From a virus (Duplodnaviria > Caudoviricetes): DNA of 37,092 nt. The notes under the pieces are model-generated. The model was not told the DNA's origin. It ran no database searches and saw only the letters and a program-made list of their open reading frames with translations. Within the stretch, counting starts at the first letter, position 1, and each line of letters begins with the position of its first letter. This document shows, piece by piece, positions 34,928 through 37,092 of this stretch. The stretch is from positions 1 through 37,092 of IMG/VR virus record IMGVR_UViG_3300008120_000330. One strand, given 5' to 3'. The translations under genes and the position numbers were made by a program.

Positions 34928-35307
34928 TGGCTCACTTTGCTCAAGTAGACGCAGATAATCGTGTTGTCCAAGTTCTTGTAGTCCCTGATGACCAAGAACA
35001 TCGCGGTGAAGAATTTTTGCGCGATGATTTGAACCTTGGTGGTCGCTGGATTCAAACTTCGTACAACAATAAGATTCGTAAACAGTTTGCTGGCATCGGA
35101 TTTACCTATGATTCCGATGCTGATGTTTTTATTGCTATTCAGCCAAGACCGTGGTTTGTCTTAAATAGTAATTATGATTGGGAATGCCCAATTGGCATTA
35201 AACCGCATGACGGGTCTGTTGTAACGGATGACGAATGGCTGTGGTTGGAAAAGGTATTTACTTATGGGAATCCAGCAGAAATGGTTAGGGCAATCTATGC
35301 CGTCTGA
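34927..35307 (+). CDS. Conserved partner of Gly-rich proteins (tail-fibre assembly-like)
   Basis: MAHFAQVD...WIQTSYN...RKQFAGIGFTYD motif. Confidence 0.8.
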   Translation: MAHFAQVDADNRVVQVLVVPDDQEHRGEEFLRDDLNLGGRWIQTSYNNKIRKQFAGIGFTYDSDADVFIAIQPRPWFVLNSNYDWECPIGIKPHDGSVVTDDEWLWLEKVFTYGNPAEMVRAIYAV

Positions 35308-35713
35308 AATTGTTCACCTCAGCGAAACCTCTTACATTACGATTGACGAATGTCCGCGTGATTATTTCGGCGACGAAAACAAAAAAGCCGAACGGGTTAC
35401 GCTTTTTAGTAATGGCGAACAGGTTTTAATTTGGGATGTTTTCATGAACGAAGATACCCGTTATGCCCTTTACATAGATGTTGAAGAAAAATTCCGCGAT
35501 GGTGAATGGTTGAATATTCTTTTAGAAAGCGACCCAATGTCTCTGGGCAGATTCAACCGCGAGTATGCGGTATGGACGAATGTCGGAGAAGTTATGGTCA
35601 GCCGTGAGTCATCTTTAGTTGATTTTTTTAAATCAATGAACGATAAAAATATTCTTCGAACTGAAGTTGTTCTTGAACATGGTTTAGAAAATAAAGTAAT
35701 TAAAATTCAATAA
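35297..35713 (+). CDS. Hypothetical protein, AT-rich
   Basis: ATG at 35297 overlaps the upstream gene; its stop is coupled to the next ATG. Confidence 0.6.
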   Translation: MPSEIVHLSETSYITIDECPRDYFGDENKKAERVTLFSNGEQVLIWDVFMNEDTRYALYIDVEEKFRDGEWLNILLESDPMSLGRFNREYAVWTNVGEVMVSRESSLVDFFKSMNDKNILRTEVVLEHGLENKVIKIQ

Positions 35714-36903
35714 TGGCGGCACTATACGATTCCTCAGACCTATATGAAAACTCCTCGTACACATACGAGGGGTATCCTTTGCGCACGGCATCGGGGTCTG
35801 GAACTGGAACACAGAACGCTACTGGCGTTCGTGTTCAATTAAGAAGCGCAACTGGTGATGGAACTGGTTCTTCAACCTCTACTTGTGTTCTAACTAAATT
35901 AAGGACGGCTACTGGTTCTGGAACTGGAACAGAATCGGCGGACGGGTCAACAGACCACTTCAAGACCGCTAGTGGTTCGGGTGGCGCTACCGCAGGTGAT
36001 ACTGCTGTCGGCAAGTTGATTCCTTGCCGTTTGGCTACCGGTTCTGGCACTGGTGGTTCTGATTCGTATGGTGCGTCCGCCCAGTTGCGTACCGCAACAG
36101 GTGCTGGCACGGGAACAGAACTAGCATCTGGTTACAAGACAAGTGTGCGCGTCGCCATAGGCGACGGCACCGGGACGCAAACCGATACCAACTATAAAAC
36201 CAGTATTCGTACTGCCACTGGAACAAACTCTAGCGGTTCTTCTTCTAGCGCCCAGTCACAGTTTTTCCGTGCCGCCACTGGTTCTGGTGGAGCAACCGCA
36301 GGCGACCAGGCTATTGGTCTACATACACACCTTAGGTTGTCAACGGATGCTGGTAGTGGAACATCAACTAGCAATGGTCTGCTAACGCATATTCGCACTT
36401 CAACTGGTGCTGGTGTTGGAAATGAATCTGCTAGCGGCTACAACACAAGCATCCGCTCCGCAATTGGGGATGGACTTGGTTCAAGTAGCGCGAATGGTTT
36501 CAAGACTGTTATCAAGACGGCCTCTGGGTCTGGCACTGGAACATCGTCTGCTACTGGCATTAAGTATGTGTTTAAAACTGCGACTGGTGCTGGTGGGGCT
36601 ACTGCTGGCGATTCCGCTAGTGGGTTTACGACGCGACCTCGTACGGCGACAGCCGGTGGACTTGGTTCCGCTGTTGCCCTTGGATTGCATGAGCATAAGC
36701 GTGGCGCTACGGGCGCTGGCACAAGTGGGCAGACCGCAATCCGCAACCACATTCACATTCGCGTGACTGCCTCTGGTGGCGCTGGCTCTCTCGATGTTGC
36801 GCTGTGGAAGAACGCAGGTGAATACATGGACCGCGTTATCAGAATGCGTCCAGTCCAGGGTCCAGGCTTCCGCAAGAAAGTCAACTACTCCTCCAAGAGA
36901 TAA
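35713..36903 (+). CDS. Gly/Thr/Ser-rich repeat virion protein
   Basis: Many ~20-22 aa repeats of (R/K)TATGSGTG...; lies directly before terL. Confidence 0.75.
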   Translation: MAALYDSSDLYENSSYTYEGYPLRTASGSGTGTQNATGVRVQLRSATGDGTGSSTSTCVLTKLRTATGSGTGTESADGSTDHFKTASGSGGATAGDTAVGKLIPCRLATGSGTGGSDSYGASAQLRTATGAGTGTELASGYKTSVRVAIGDGTGTQTDTNYKTSIRTATGTNSSGSSSSAQSQFFRAATGSGGATAGDQAIGLHTHLRLSTDAGSGTSTSNGLLTHIRTSTGAGVGNESASGYNTSIRSAIGDGLGSSSANGFKTVIKTASGSGTGTSSATGIKYVFKTATGAGGATAGDSASGFTTRPRTATAGGLGSAVALGLHEHKRGATGAGTSGQTAIRNHIHIRVTASGGAGSLDVALWKNAGEYMDRVIRMRPVQGPGFRKKVNYSSKR

Positions 36904-36905
36904 TC

Positions 36906-37092
36906 ATGGAACTAACCGAACTGCTCAACGAGCGGGAATGGCGGGCCTGCCGAGGCCCGTCTGACGCTAGCATCGACCAACTTGTCGAAGCATTCACTTA
37001 CTTCTGCGAGAACTATTGGGCGATTAAGCATCCTGAGCGTGGACGGATTATGTTTGAACTGCGTGAAGCGCAGGTCGAAACAATCCGCGCCT
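36906..37092 (+). CDS. terL: Terminase large subunit, N-terminal part (3'-partial)
   Basis: MELTELLNEREWRACRG...FTYFCENYWAIKHPERGRIMFELREAQ: T4 gp17-like N-terminus with Q-motif; open to the end of the window. Confidence 0.85.
   Translation, partial: MELTELLNEREWRACRGPSDASIDQLVEAFTYFCENYWAIKHPERGRIMFELREAQVETIRA

Noticed and set aside
33983-36903. GGT/GGC-rich and ACTGGTTCTGG-like repeats as DNA-level repeats or a DGR target
   Set aside because: Explained by Gly-rich and Thr/Gly protein repeats; no reverse transcriptase or TR/VR pair was seen.

Overview
Near-complete, circularly permuted genome of a ~37 kb tailed phage with podovirus-like morphogenesis genes. The host is probably an actinobacterium (inference). 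The window opens inside the terminase large subunit (C-terminal part, 1-999) and ends inside its N-terminus (36906->37092). The + strand late arm (32516->end, then 1->19709) carries TerS, tail-fibre/Gly-rich proteins, TerL, holin-like genes, portal, scaffold, major capsid, adaptor/nozzle, ejection proteins (one of 2713 aa) and a peptidase endolysin. The - strand arm (32364->19703) carries small early genes, an amidoligase + class II glutamine amidotransferase pair, a lytic transglycosylase, a PD-(D/E)XK nuclease, a DnaB-like helicase, an AEP primase, RusA and a sigma70-r4/DUF1599 fusion. No DNA polymerase, RNA polymerase or integrase was recognised. The most striking non-coding content is in the early region: two tandem type II hammerhead ribozymes with covarying pseudoknots (30581-30635 and 30762-30814, - strand) bracket a 34-codon ORF, and four copies of a 16-bp palindrome (TGATAGGAACCTATCA) sit at gene junctions. 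Also seen: a GTAACG-N16-ATG putative late (leaderless) promoter motif in 5-6 copies, a DnaA-box cluster, apparent frame-breaking deletions in the portal and TerS genes, and apparent GATC/AGCT avoidance.
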